The notes: generated by a model not told the origin, from the sequence alone. A stretch of 61,128 bases of DNA from a virus (IMGVR_UViG_3300030451_002095:1-61128); one strand, 5' to 3'; positions 18,604-27,263 are shown, counted from the first letter of the stretch. Made by a program: numbers and translations.

Positions 18604-18861
18604 TTAGAATGGTAAATCCTCCTCAACTGGAGCGTTTTCCTTTTTAGCCTCAGGCTTAAAAGTATCAATCGCTACATAATGAGTTTTACCATAATCATCA
18701 GCTCCATCTTTTTTAGCTGATACATTTACTTTAATGTATTTTTTACCATTATACTCGAACATGTGTTCTTGAGGTAAGTCTGATAAACAAATACTACAGG
18801 AAATCATATTCCCGTCAAACTTGGAAGTACCACTTCCGACATAGATTTTTTCTTCTGCCAT
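18604..18861 (-). CDS. Putative single-stranded DNA-binding protein
   Basis: Short beta-rich protein with acidic EEDLPF tail, next to the SSAP and exonuclease. Confidence 0.65.
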   Translation of the reverse strand: MAEEKIYVGSGTSKFDGNMISCSICLSDLPQEHMFEYNGKKYIKVNVSAKKDGADDYGKTHYVAIDTFKPEAKKENAPVEEDLPF

Positions 18862-18863
18862 AA

Positions 18864-19034
18864 TTAATTAGATTTATAAATGATTTGCTCCAACTTATTC
18901 ATTGTAGCCTCCATGACTTGATCACGTTCGGCTTGTGAAGTAAGGTTGGTTGGAACTTTCAACCACACTTCATTATTATTTTTATTATAAAGTCTCTTTA
19001 ATAATATATGTTTCAATATCTTCTGTAGATTCAT
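18864..19034 (-). CDS. Unannotated 56-aa protein overlapping the exonuclease 3' end
   Basis: Manual translation MNLQKILKHILLKRLYNKNNNEVWLKVPTNLTSQAERDQVMEATMNKLEQIIYKSN; fills the gap up to the SSB start. Confidence 0.55.
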   Translation of the reverse strand: MNLQKILKHILLKRLYNKNNNEVWLKVPTNLTSQAERDQVMEATMNKLEQIIYKSN

Positions 19035-19722
19035 CACTAAAAAATTTATTATACACTTCTATTGCTTTTTCTACTTTCTCCTTACCATAACTTAAAAAAG
19101 TTTCAGAAGGATGATAGATTCCTAATTCAAAAGTCAACTTGTCTACCACATAAAATACCAGTGGTTTATTAAAAAATTGCTGGTATAAATATGCTTGACT
19201 ATCATAATTATATTTTCTGGCACTATACTTAAAGTCTTTAATATTAGATGTAGTTTTAAGATCTATAAGCATATCTTTACCCACTATATCTGCTTTTCCC
19301 TTCCATTTTTTTCCCAACACTTCGTGTATAGCAGGAACCTCAAATTCATTATCATCATCATAAATAGACTCGTAAAATTCTAAGTTATTTTTCATTGTAG
19401 ATATCGCCTTGTCAATTTCCTCTTTTTCTTTAGTCAACATCATTAACGGTCTTTTGTAATGCAATAATTCTTCCTTATATTTTTTAGTGTTTCTACTGGA
19501 AGCGTCTATTGTCCAGTATTCTACACTATCTATTTTTTCAGGTTCTAACATAGCGGTATGAAAATACCTTCCTATTAACATAGCTTTTGTCATAGGTTTT
19601 TCTTTACCGAAATTTTTAGGATCATTTAATAAAGTTATTATATCCGAGTTAGATAAGAATTGTTTACCAAATTTTCCGTAATAATGCTGATCCTCCCTAA
19701 GTAGTTGTAAGTCTTTGTCCAT
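18985..19722 (-). CDS. PD-(D/E)XK exonuclease (RecE/ExoVIII-like, DUF3799-like)
   Basis: LSNSDI, GRYFHTAMLEP, KGKADIV, IDLKTT, YDSQAYLY. Confidence 0.85.
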   Translation of the reverse strand: MDKDLQLLREDQHYYGKFGKQFLSNSDIITLLNDPKNFGKEKPMTKAMLIGRYFHTAMLEPEKIDSVEYWTIDASSRNTKKYKEELLHYKRPLMMLTKEKEEIDKAISTMKNNLEFYESIYDDDNEFEVPAIHEVLGKKWKGKADIVGKDMLIDLKTTSNIKDFKYSARKYNYDSQAYLYQQFFNKPLVFYVVDKLTFELGIYHPSETFLSYGKEKVEKAIEVYNKFFSDESTEDIETYIIKETL

Positions 19723-19723
19723 G

Positions 19724-20056
19724 TTATAAGTTGTCGAATTTTATTTTACCCTCCTCTTCAGCTTTCTTTTCCTCCTCTTTAATTTTCTCTTGAATTTCCT
19801 TACCTAACTCCATATACCAAACCCCAAAATATTCCATTGTATCTTTGTCAGTAGTTGCAGTAGTAAAAATAGGTTGTTCCTTGTATTTAACATTTATAAG
19901 TAGTTGATTTTTATCTTTATTTTCTCCTATATTTTCAATATAATCTACCCATAAAGTAAATCCTTCTTTAGAAGAAATAGAGTTTCCACTCCACTCCTCC
20001 CAAGTAAGTTTTTCTAATTTATTATCTATTAGTTCTGATATGCTTTTTATTTCCAT
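19724..20056 (-). CDS. Hypothetical protein
   Basis: 110-aa ORF tightly packed in the operon. Confidence 0.6.
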   Translation of the reverse strand: MEIKSISELIDNKLEKLTWEEWSGNSISSKEGFTLWVDYIENIGENKDKNQLLINVKYKEQPIFTTATTDKDTMEYFGVWYMELGKEIQEKIKEEEKKAEEEGKIKFDNL

Positions 20057-20057
20057 A

Positions 20058-20669
20058 CTATTTTATTTGTTTAGATAATTCTTTTTTTACCACCGACTTA
20101 ATATTGTATTTAGTCTCTAAATTTTTAACTATTTTAGGTAATCCTAATTCTTTATTAGAAGCGATATACTTTAATACCTTACTCCAGTTTTCATCTCCTA
20201 TATCTAAAGTTATTTTAGTATTAGTTTTTGGTGTAGGAGTTTTACTAACTGCTTGTGAAACTGGTTTAGTCGATACGATAGTGTCTTCTCCTATCCATAA
20301 ACTTAAACCTAATCCGTGCATTGCAATAGCTTTAGCGGTAGATCTTTGTATGGCTGTATTTACATCCATTGAAGTAATTTTTTCCATAGTTATAGAGTTG
20401 TTTCTATAATCCATAACGGGCAGATAATCAATATGCTCCATTCCATTAATTGTTATACCTACTTTTACATAAGCAGTTTTACCATCAGTAAAAAAATTAA
20501 GTCCAGTCTCTTGACATTCATAAACTTTTCTTTGAGCATCTGGGTATTGTGTTTTAATCATACTCCATGCAGTTGCCCATGATAAGTAATCAAACTTACC
20601 TTTCTTATCAGTTTTACCCTTTATAGATATGGATGATAAATCCTTAAAGATGTTTTTCTTTTTTTCCAT
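20058..20669 (-). CDS. Sak/Rad52-like single-strand annealing protein (DUF1071-like)
   Basis: YLSWATAW, YLPVMDYRN, DVNTAIQRSTAKAIAMHGLGLSLWIGED. Confidence 0.88.
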   Translation of the reverse strand: MEKKKNIFKDLSSISIKGKTDKKGKFDYLSWATAWSMIKTQYPDAQRKVYECQETGLNFFTDGKTAYVKVGITINGMEHIDYLPVMDYRNNSITMEKITSMDVNTAIQRSTAKAIAMHGLGLSLWIGEDTIVSTKPVSQAVSKTPTPKTNTKITLDIGDENWSKVLKYIASNKELGLPKIVKNLETKYNIKSVVKKELSKQIK

Positions 20670-21054
20670 TTGTTATTCTATTTAATTGTTTAATTCTATT
20701 TGAGTATTTAACCAACAAAGACTCTCTCCTTGTTTTTAATTTTTTTATATGTTTATCGTTTTTTCTTGTGTTTACTTCATCTCTTATTTTATTTTCTATT
20801 AAGTTTAGTTTTCTTTTGTAGTTCATCATAGATAACCTAACACCACCTTCAACCCATCCATATTTATAAAATAAATCGTACTCCTCTGTATTACACTCTT
20901 GAAAAAAATCCCCACTTCTACTGCAATTTAATATTTCAATTTTAGAGGGGAACTTTTGTATTTTTACCCCATTGTTTATTGCGCTATTTATTGTGGGTTT
21001 TAATGAATGTATATCTTCTCTTGATTGAATAAAAATATCATCCAAATTATACAT
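20644..21054 (-). CDS. Hypothetical protein
   Basis: 136-aa ORF in the operon. Confidence 0.6.
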   Translation of the reverse strand: MYNLDDIFIQSREDIHSLKPTINSAINNGVKIQKFPSKIEILNCSRSGDFFQECNTEEYDLFYKYGWVEGGVRLSMMNYKRKLNLIENKIRDEVNTRKNDKHIKKLKTRRESLLVKYSNRIKQLNRITNGKKEKHL

Positions 21055-21340
21055 TTTGAATTTGTTTTACCACTTGTTCAAAATCTTGATCGTTATCAAT
21101 AAGTTCTTTAGCTTTTTTATATCCATGAATAATAGTGGAGTGAGCAACCTCATGTCCATTTTCTTTCATAAATCTTTGTATGTAAGATATACGGATAGGG
21201 CGCTCCATACACAAGTAGTATAACATTTGTCGGGCATCTACTATCTCTCTCTTTTTTGTTTTAGAAAACATTTGATCTAAAGTCAAATGAAATCTTTTAG
21301 CTATACTGGTAGCATAGTCATCAAAAATATGTTTTTTCAT
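21047..21340 (-). CDS. Second DnaA domain IV-like HTH protein
   Basis: SKTKKREIVDARQMLYYLC...VAHSTIIHGYKK. Confidence 0.75.
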   Translation of the reverse strand: MKKHIFDDYATSIAKRFHLTLDQMFSKTKKREIVDARQMLYYLCMERPIRISYIQRFMKENGHEVAHSTIIHGYKKAKELIDNDQDFEQVVKQIQNV

Positions 21341-21369
21341 ATTATATTTAATTTAATTCAATTAGCCGG

Positions 21370-21401
21370 CTAAGATAATTCTTTTTCAATACTTAACCAA
21401 A
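21370..21401 (-). promoter_or_regulatory. Candidate promoter (TTTG, 20-nt spacer, TATCTTAG)
   Basis: One-mismatch -7 element and a correctly spaced -33 element upstream of ATG 21340. Confidence 0.45.
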
Positions 21402-21418
21402 TTTTGTTTAACTTTTTT

Positions 21419-21724
21419 TTATTTCTTTTCTTTTTTACATTGTACTCTATACAATATAAGGTATCCAATTAAGTCCAGTAAAGTATCTTCTGTTTTATCA
21501 TTTATACCAACTTGTTTAATCCTACTTAATTTATCATCTATTCTTGCCAGTATTCCTTCTTTAGCTGATAATTTAGAAAATATTTTTGGAGGATCGTTTG
21601 CGGTATCTCCGTACGCTTTATTTTTTTCTAACAACAGATACACCACTTCTCTACCTACTTCTTTAATGAGTTCGGATGTGTCTTTATTTACTGGACTTTT
21701 CGAATTTTTTGTTAAATCTTTCAT
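21419..21724 (-). CDS. DUF1599/Nmad1-like protein (all-alpha NTP pyrophosphatase-like fold)
   Basis: KNKAYGD...GILARIDDKLSRI...EDTLLDLIGYLIL. Confidence 0.75.
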   Translation of the reverse strand: MKDLTKNSKSPVNKDTSELIKEVGREVVYLLLEKNKAYGDTANDPPKIFSKLSAKEGILARIDDKLSRIKQVGINDKTEDTLLDLIGYLILYRVQCKKEKK

Positions 21725-21872
21725 GTTTTGCTCTTTTAGTGTTATTATATAATTCTGTTAGTTTTTTATCAAAAACTTTTTTCATTTCTTCTTCATCTAA
21801 AATGATATACCCGTTTTCATCTTCAAAATAATAAACGGGTATTGACAATGTGTGTTTATTTAATTTTTCCAT
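21684..21872 (-). CDS. Hypothetical early protein
   Basis: ORF in the operon. Confidence 0.55.
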   Translation of the reverse strand: MEKLNKHTLSIPVYYFEDENGYIILDEEEMKKVFDKKLTELYNNTKRAKHERFNKKFEKSSK

Positions 21873-22218
21873 AATTTTTATCTTTTTGATTTGATTTGTG
21901 TCTGTGTTTAATCCACCTTATACTCATGTGATCTCTCATTTTATCTACCATAGGATTTTTTCTTACCCACTTTTCATACTCTTTATATGTTCCTTCTTTT
22001 GTTATCTCAACCTTGCCACTATATTTGAAATAGTCATCAAACTCTATTGTGTTTTGTTTATACAAATCTCGTAAAAAATTTCTTTGTTTAACTTCGGCTA
22101 TAAAATTTTTAACTAAATCTTTATCGGTTAATTGTTGTAAAAAACGAATGTAATCCCTATCTCTGTCTTTAGTAGGTTTTAATTTTTCTTTTAGTATTTC
22201 TTTATTTATTTCTTTCAT
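21856..22218 (-). CDS. Hypothetical early protein
   Basis: ORF in the operon. Confidence 0.6.
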   Translation of the reverse strand: MKEINKEILKEKLKPTKDRDRDYIRFLQQLTDKDLVKNFIAEVKQRNFLRDLYKQNTIEFDDYFKYSGKVEITKEGTYKEYEKWVRKNPMVDKMRDHMSIRWIKHRHKSNQKDKNYGKIK

Positions 22219-22332
22219 ATATATTTTTTTGGTTATTAAAAAAATAAGGTAAAAGGTGGGTATCGCAAATGATTTCTCTCTTATTAAGTGTATAGTAGGT
22301 AATTACTCTACAACCCTTACACGCCTTATATA

Positions 22333-22554
22333 TTACTCATCTCTCATATCTTCTAAATAGTTCTCTCTTTGTATAGCTTCATATTCGTAGTCCTCTATCT
22401 CCTCACAATACTCATTACATTCACTACATAATAATTTATCCTCATCAAACATTTCACTATATATTTCCTCATATTCTGCCCCACAACAACTACTTACCAT
22501 ACCACATCCCCCATCATCAATGGGATTACTTAATTTCCAGTTATCATAATTCAT
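22333..22554 (-). CDS. Small Cys-rich (zinc-ribbon-like) acidic early protein
   Basis: VSSCCGAE...CSECNEYC. Confidence 0.65.
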   Translation of the reverse strand: MNYDNWKLSNPIDDGGCGMVSSCCGAEYEEIYSEMFDEDKLLCSECNEYCEEIEDYEYEAIQRENYLEDMRDE

Positions 22555-22781
22555 ATCAGTTCTATATTTTGAGGATCTATATATTCAGGGTGTTCATTCT
22601 CATCCTCTACATCAAAATACCATATAGGTATATCTCCAGTGTTGTCTAACATTCCTTGTAGAGTAATAATTACTTTCCCCTCTTGTATTTCTTCAGCTAT
22701 ATATTTTCCCCAGTAAAGATAATCATCTTTATCTTGGAACATATAATCTATAAATTTACCTCTCTCTAATTTGTATTTCAT
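22551..22781 (-). CDS. Hypothetical early protein
   Basis: ORF with ATGA overlap to the next gene. Confidence 0.6.
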   Translation of the reverse strand: MKYKLERGKFIDYMFQDKDDYLYWGKYIAEEIQEGKVIITLQGMLDNTGDIPIWYFDVEDENEHPEYIDPQNIELI

Positions 22782-22786
22782 TTTAT

Positions 22787-23509
22787 TTAATTTTCAGTTT
22801 TATCAATATATTCTTTAGCTTCCTCTAATGTTTTTCCACAATACTCTTGTCCCCACTCTAAATAATATCCAACCCCACTCTCATAATTTGGATGATCATC
22901 CAGTAATTTTACTAAATTATAATCTTTATAATCTATCGGTTCTTCCCAGTTAGGATAATCATAATTAAAACAATGTATGTTTTCTCCATCTTCAAAATCG
23001 TATTCTCCTCCCCACTCTTGTTCCTCTTGAAAACGATATTGTATATTAGGAAAATCTTTTAATAACATATCTAAAACATTTTCTCCAATAGGGCTCCACG
23101 CACTTTCAAACTTCAACTCTCCATATTCCTCCCTTTTTCTGTGTGGATGTTGTGTTATTTCTATTTCTAAATCACAATCTCCCCACTTTGTCCCCCAGTT
23201 ATTATTACTCCAATCATACCAATTATTTGTTCCATACTTTGTAATTAGATTATCGTTTATCTCTTGTGTAATTGAACGATCTAAAAAGTGTTCTCCTTTT
23301 AATTCTTTCTCTTTATTTTTAATTTGTATCTCATCATATTCTTTTTGAGAAACAATACTTACTGGACTTCTTGTCTCGGTAATTTCTTGTGGTCGTGGTA
23401 TGTAATAATTACATATTGAACCTACTTTTTCTATCTTTTTTAATATCTCTTTCTGTTTTTTTGTAAGTGGAGTAGATATTGTTATCCCACTATAAACCCA
23501 GTTCGGCAT
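22787..23509 (-). CDS. YubB/DUF1281-like (ferredoxin-like fold) protein
   Basis: MPNW start, WYDWSNNNWGTKW, FESAWSP. Confidence 0.8.
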   Translation of the reverse strand: MPNWVYSGITISTPLTKKQKEILKKIEKVGSICNYYIPRPQEITETRSPVSIVSQKEYDEIQIKNKEKELKGEHFLDRSITQEINDNLITKYGTNNWYDWSNNNWGTKWGDCDLEIEITQHPHRKREEYGELKFESAWSPIGENVLDMLLKDFPNIQYRFQEEQEWGGEYDFEDGENIHCFNYDYPNWEEPIDYKDYNLVKLLDDHPNYESGVGYYLEWGQEYCGKTLEEAKEYIDKTEN

Positions 23510-23536
23510 TTTTATTTAATTTTAATTGGTTAATAA

Positions 23537-23791
23537 TTATATTACTGGTATTGTTTGTAGTTCTGAAATTGTAGTTTGTATTGAACCCCCATCATTCCCC
23601 TCATCATCCATCATAGGTATTAACCAATGTCTATTGTCTAAACAAATTGCTATCGGTTTTTTATACCACATGTTCTCTTCCATTTCATCATCTCCAATAT
23701 ATTCTACTTTTGTTATTGTTTTACCGACTAAATGTTTTGATATTAAGTCAGTCCAGTATTTTTCTACTTCTTGTTTACTATAATTTTTCAT
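23537..23791 (-). CDS. Hypothetical early protein
   Basis: LVGKTITKVEY...DDEGNDGG. Confidence 0.65.
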   Translation of the reverse strand: MKNYSKQEVEKYWTDLISKHLVGKTITKVEYIGDDEMEENMWYKKPIAICLDNRHWLIPMMDDEGNDGGSIQTTISELQTIPVI

Positions 23792-23806
23792 TTTATTTAA
23801 TTTTAG

Positions 23807-23905
23807 TTATATATATTGTCTTATTAGTTTAATTTTTTCTGTATCTGTCAATTCTTCATTATCCAATATATTTATTAGATAACATTCAAATTCTTCTGTA
23901 TTCAT
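23807..23905 (-). CDS. Unannotated 32-aa early ORF
   Basis: Manual translation MNTEEFECYLINILDNEELTDTEKIKLIRQYI; AT-rich leader; fills the gap. Confidence 0.45.
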   Translation of the reverse strand: MNTEEFECYLINILDNEELTDTEKIKLIRQYI

Positions 23906-23919
23906 ATCTATATTTAATT

Positions 23920-24108
23920 TTAATTGTTTTTATATAATTCATAAGTATCGTTTAACACATCCATCATATCTGTTTTATGTTTACTTTCTATCAATGTTTT
24001 AATTAACCACTCTAATTCTCCGTAAGGATCACAACAATCTTCTCTAAACCATTTTACATAATTATCTATTTTATCATCAATGTCTATTTCTTTAATTTCT
24101 TTTTTCAT
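23920..24108 (-). CDS. Hypothetical early protein
   Basis: ORF in the operon. Confidence 0.55.
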   Translation of the reverse strand: MKKEIKEIDIDDKIDNYVKWFREDCCDPYGELEWLIKTLIESKHKTDMMDVLNDTYELYKNN

Positions 24109-24110
24109 AT

Positions 24111-24542
24111 CTATTTAATTTTAGTTATTATACTACTTAAAGTTTCTTTGTGTAGTTCACTAATACATTCATCATTGTCTTCTAAATCTTCTGTTAATAT
24201 ATCTACAAGAAAATCCTTTTCATAATTAGTGAGTTCTTTATTTTGATTGTCTCTATATTTAATTTTTTCTATTTGTATTGTCCCACTATTTATCATTTCC
24301 CAAACTTCTTCCCAGTTCCCCTCATCCATCTCCCACTCAATATCATCCCTTTTGTATTTTGTCCCAAAATTACTAAATGATTGAGGATGGGTAGATATTT
24401 TATAATCTCCATCAATTTTTTTTACACTCCATCTGTATTTGTTATCACACATTACAGACACTACATCAATTTTTATTTCTCTTGGGTTTCCCTCTACTTT
24501 TAATACTGGAGGATCTAACCTTAATTTATGATATAAACTCAT
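24111..24542 (-). CDS. Hypothetical early protein
   Basis: 143-aa ORF with no alanine. Confidence 0.65.
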   Translation of the reverse strand: MSLYHKLRLDPPVLKVEGNPREIKIDVVSVMCDNKYRWSVKKIDGDYKISTHPQSFSNFGTKYKRDDIEWEMDEGNWEEVWEMINSGTIQIEKIKYRDNQNKELTNYEKDFLVDILTEDLEDNDECISELHKETLSSIITKIK

Positions 24543-24544
24543 TT

Positions 24545-24643
24545 TATTTTATTTTTAGTTAATTTATTTATTGTCTTATGGATATATTTCATCCATTCTG
24601 TATAACTCTTATTGGTATTGGTACCAACTTTTTTTACTCTCAT
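24545..24643 (-). CDS. Unannotated 32-aa early ORF
   Basis: Manual translation MRVKKVGTNTNKSYTEWMKYIHKTINKLTKNK; fills the gap. Confidence 0.45.
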
Positions 24644-24656
24644 AGGTTTTAATTTT

Positions 24657-25076
24657 TTATTCATCACAAAACTTTTTGAACTCCTCAACATTTCCGTTAA
24701 ATACTTCTTTGTTGTTAAAGTTATATACTTTTACTTTTATTCCATGACTACTACTTCCCTCTATAATATATTCAAAGTCCTCCCATTCTCTTTTTGTGTT
24801 TGGGTTTTGAACATATATATTACCTATTCCATCCTTAAATTCTGAAATAAGTTCAGCTCCTAAACAACCCATTCCGTTATTTACTTTTTCTTTCATATCA
24901 TCTATTCTAAATCCGTTTGTAATTCTTCTGTTTTCTAAAAAGTCGGATAGTTCTTTTCCGTGTCCACTTGGATAACCATCATATTGTCTGTACATACAAA
25001 CAATGTTTTCTTTTTTAATTCTGTTGTCTTCTCCTTTGTAGGTTTCTATAACCTTTGTTAATGATCTTGTTCCCAT
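24657..25076 (-). CDS. Conserved phage hypothetical protein (MGTRS...YRQYDGYP type)
   Basis: MGTRS N-terminus and MYRQYDGYPSGHG motif. Confidence 0.7.
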   Translation of the reverse strand: MGTRSLTKVIETYKGEDNRIKKENIVCMYRQYDGYPSGHGKELSDFLENRRITNGFRIDDMKEKVNNGMGCLGAELISEFKDGIGNIYVQNPNTKREWEDFEYIIEGSSSHGIKVKVYNFNNKEVFNGNVEEFKKFCDE

Positions 25077-25103
25077 TTTATTTGATTTTAATTGATTACT
25101 ATT

Positions 25104-25379
25104 TTAACTATATAATACTTCATGTCCCTCTCCATCTTCACAACCCAGTAATATGTATATATATTCTGTGTCTAAAAATTCTTGTATTGTCGGTTCATAC
25201 CCCCAGTCGTTTTGAATATCAAACTTATATCTTTCATATAGTTCTGTTACTTCATCCATATCGTTGAAATATACTTCTTGTGTATTTTCATCTTTGTTCA
25301 AATATCCAATACTTAACATAGGTTCTAAATATGTTCCGATCGGTTTTGTAAATTCGTTTAATTTAATTTCTGTTTTCAT
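25104..25379 (-). CDS. Hypothetical early protein
   Basis: ORF in the operon. Confidence 0.6.
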   Translation of the reverse strand: MKTEIKLNEFTKPIGTYLEPMLSIGYLNKDENTQEVYFNDMDEVTELYERYKFDIQNDWGYEPTIQEFLDTEYIYILLGCEDGEGHEVLYS

Positions 25380-25552
25380 TTTATTATTTTTTTTGTGTTA
25401 TCTATTCCATTAAAATTGTTTACTACTATTTTACATACATTAGTAATTATTTCTTGTTCTTTATTACCTACTTCTTCATCTATACCATCAAGGTAAGTAA
25501 GTAAATCTTGTTGTATCTGTTCTTTAAGTTCGTTTAATTCTTTTGTGTTCAT
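25376..25552 (-). CDS. Hypothetical early protein (start re-called at MNTKEL)
   Basis: The longer call (to 25606) runs through a promoter; ATG 25552 has the usual A-rich leader. Confidence 0.55.
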   Translation of the reverse strand: MNTKELNELKEQIQQDLLTYLDGIDEEVGNKEQEIITNVCKIVVNNFNGIDNTKKIIK

Positions 25553-25574
25553 TTTATTTAATTTTAATTTTTTA

Positions 25575-25606
25575 CAAATGTATAATAAAATTTTAATACA
25601 AGTCAA
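25575..25606 (-). promoter_or_regulatory. Early promoter (TTG, 21-nt spacer, TACATTTG)
   Basis: caaatgta at 25575-25582 and caa at 25604-25606 on the + strand. Confidence 0.55.
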
Positions 25607-25625
25607 GTTTTTGTTTAATTATTTT

Positions 25626-25862
25626 TTATATTGTGTATATTACTTCAAGTAATTTGTAAAGAATATATCCAAAAATTAGTAAAAATACACTCATTCCTAC
25701 TCCAAAAATTACACACTCTTGTATAAATTTTGGTAAATTTTTCTTAAACATTTCCCAGTCCTTTTGATCTTTTTTAGTCCAATCTAATTCATTTACAATT
25801 TTATCTGACTTTTCTTTGTCTGACAATTTATTCCATTTATTTAATTTATCTACTCGTGTCAT
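25626..25862 (-). CDS. Small membrane-anchored early protein
   Basis: C-terminal hydrophobic helix VIFGVGMSVFLLIFGYILY. Confidence 0.6.
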   Translation of the reverse strand: MTRVDKLNKWNKLSDKEKSDKIVNELDWTKKDQKDWEMFKKNLPKFIQECVIFGVGMSVFLLIFGYILYKLLEVIYTI

Positions 25863-25863
25863 T

Positions 25864-26316
25864 TTATTTAATTTTAATTGTATAATGTTCTCCCATTGGG
25901 CTGTCGTGGTGGGAAATTTTTACTTTATATTCTTTTTCTTTTACTTTTTCTATTTTGTAAGTCAAATCACAATTAGGAATAATCTTGTAAAATATATCCT
26001 CTCCTCTTTCAAGTGTAAATTCTTTATATCCAGTTCGGTTTCTCCATCCCATATTTCTTCCCTCAACATGAACCTCACAATCTACATAATCCATAAACTC
26101 CTCATTCAAATCGTATAAAAATTGTTCTGAATGTGTTTCGTACAAATACTCATCATTCATAAAATGATCCTCGATTTCTTCATCAGTTATACTCTCTACT
26201 TCTCTATCTTCATCCCATAATATACTCACAAGAAATTCTTGTTTGTTTTCTTTGAAAAAGTCAATTTCACTCTGTAAAAATTCACTTTCATCATATTGTG
26301 TTTTCCAGTTTTCCAT
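25864..26316 (-). CDS. Hypothetical acidic early protein
   Basis: 150-aa ORF with GRNMGWRNRTG and SHHDSPMGE motifs. Confidence 0.65.
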   Translation of the reverse strand: MENWKTQYDESEFLQSEIDFFKENKQEFLVSILWDEDREVESITDEEIEDHFMNDEYLYETHSEQFLYDLNEEFMDYVDCEVHVEGRNMGWRNRTGYKEFTLERGEDIFYKIIPNCDLTYKIEKVKEKEYKVKISHHDSPMGEHYTIKIK

Positions 26317-26320
26317 AATT

Positions 26321-26593
26321 TTATTTATTTAAGTTAGTCAATTTATATTCTTTTGTCTCAATCTTTTTTTCGGTTTCTTGTTTACTTTCTCCTAAAAATA
26401 TATTTCTATATTTTCCCGTAGTTGTTGAATAGTCCCAGTAATACTCATCTAAATACATTTTTCCGTTTTTATTCATACATATTATACTATCATAACTTTG
26501 AAATATGATTACTCCTTTTGTTTCAATGATAAACTGGTTTTTAACCTCTTTACCACTATGTCCGATTATGTTTCTTACTTTTGGTATTTTCAT
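26321..26593 (-). CDS. Conserved phage early hypothetical protein
   Basis: NQFII...FQSYDSII...WDYSTTTGKYRNIFL motif. Confidence 0.7.
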   Translation of the reverse strand: MKIPKVRNIIGHSGKEVKNQFIIETKGVIIFQSYDSIICMNKNGKMYLDEYYWDYSTTTGKYRNIFLGESKQETEKKIETKEYKLTNLNK

Positions 26594-26605
26594 TTTATTT
26601 AATTT

Positions 26606-26884
26606 TTAATTGTTAATATAATCTTCTAATTCTTCAACCTCATATCCTATTAAATATGTTCTTTTATCCTCTACTAAGTCGTGTATCATTTCTTTTCTTC
26701 CTACATTTTCTAATTCTTCTATCTTATAATCTAAACAAAACCACCCTATATAATCGGTTTGTAAATCTTTATTGTTTAGATTGTTTAGTTCTTTTTCGTA
26801 TTTTTCAAGACATGTTTCTCTTAAAATTTTATGATAATCTTCATTATCTAAATAATACTTTATTCGTTCTAATTTTATATACAT
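26606..26884 (-). CDS. Hypothetical early protein
   Basis: ORF in the operon. Confidence 0.6.
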   Translation of the reverse strand: MYIKLERIKYYLDNEDYHKILRETCLEKYEKELNNLNNKDLQTDYIGWFCLDYKIEELENVGRKEMIHDLVEDKRTYLIGYEVEELEDYINN

Positions 26885-26887
26885 AAT

Positions 26888-27082
26888 TTATTTATTTTTT
26901 TGATTTATAATTCTTTGTCTTTCGATATATAAACTATCTAATTGATAGTTGTGTTCGTTCCATAAATCATCAACCTTTTTATCTATTTTTATTAGTTGTG
27001 TTTGTTGTTGTGTTGTTAGGTTTCCAACCCCACAGGATGTAAGGAATATACTCCCCACGATCAAAAATTTTATTTTTTTCAT
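26888..27082 (-). CDS. Small putative lipoprotein
   Basis: MKKIKFLIVGSIFLTS-C signal peptide II pattern. Confidence 0.65.
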   Translation of the reverse strand: MKKIKFLIVGSIFLTSCGVGNLTTQQQTQLIKIDKKVDDLWNEHNYQLDSLYIERQRIINQKNK

Positions 27083-27086
27083 TTTA

Positions 27087-27263
27087 TTAGTTTTTTAAGT
27101 AGTTTAATAATTCAGTTAAGTTCAAATAATAAGTAGTCCATCCATCTACAAAACAATTTACTTCCCATTCGTTTGTATTTAATCTTATTATTTCTTTTGT
27201 TGAAAGTCCTCTTTTGATTTCGAGGTGTTCTCCCATATTCATTGATAAAAGTTTTTGTCTCAT
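27087..27263 (-). CDS. Unannotated 58-aa early protein
   Basis: Manual translation MRQKLLSMNMGEHLEIKRGLSTKEIIRLNTNEWEVNCFVDGWTTYYLNLTELLNYLKN; fills the gap exactly. Confidence 0.6.
   Translation of the reverse strand: MRQKLLSMNMGEHLEIKRGLSTKEIIRLNTNEWEVNCFVDGWTTYYLNLTELLNYLKN

Noticed and set aside
22244-22329. tRNA gene
   Set aside because: A multibranch fold is possible, but there is no TTC T-loop, 7-bp acceptor stem or proper anticodon arm.
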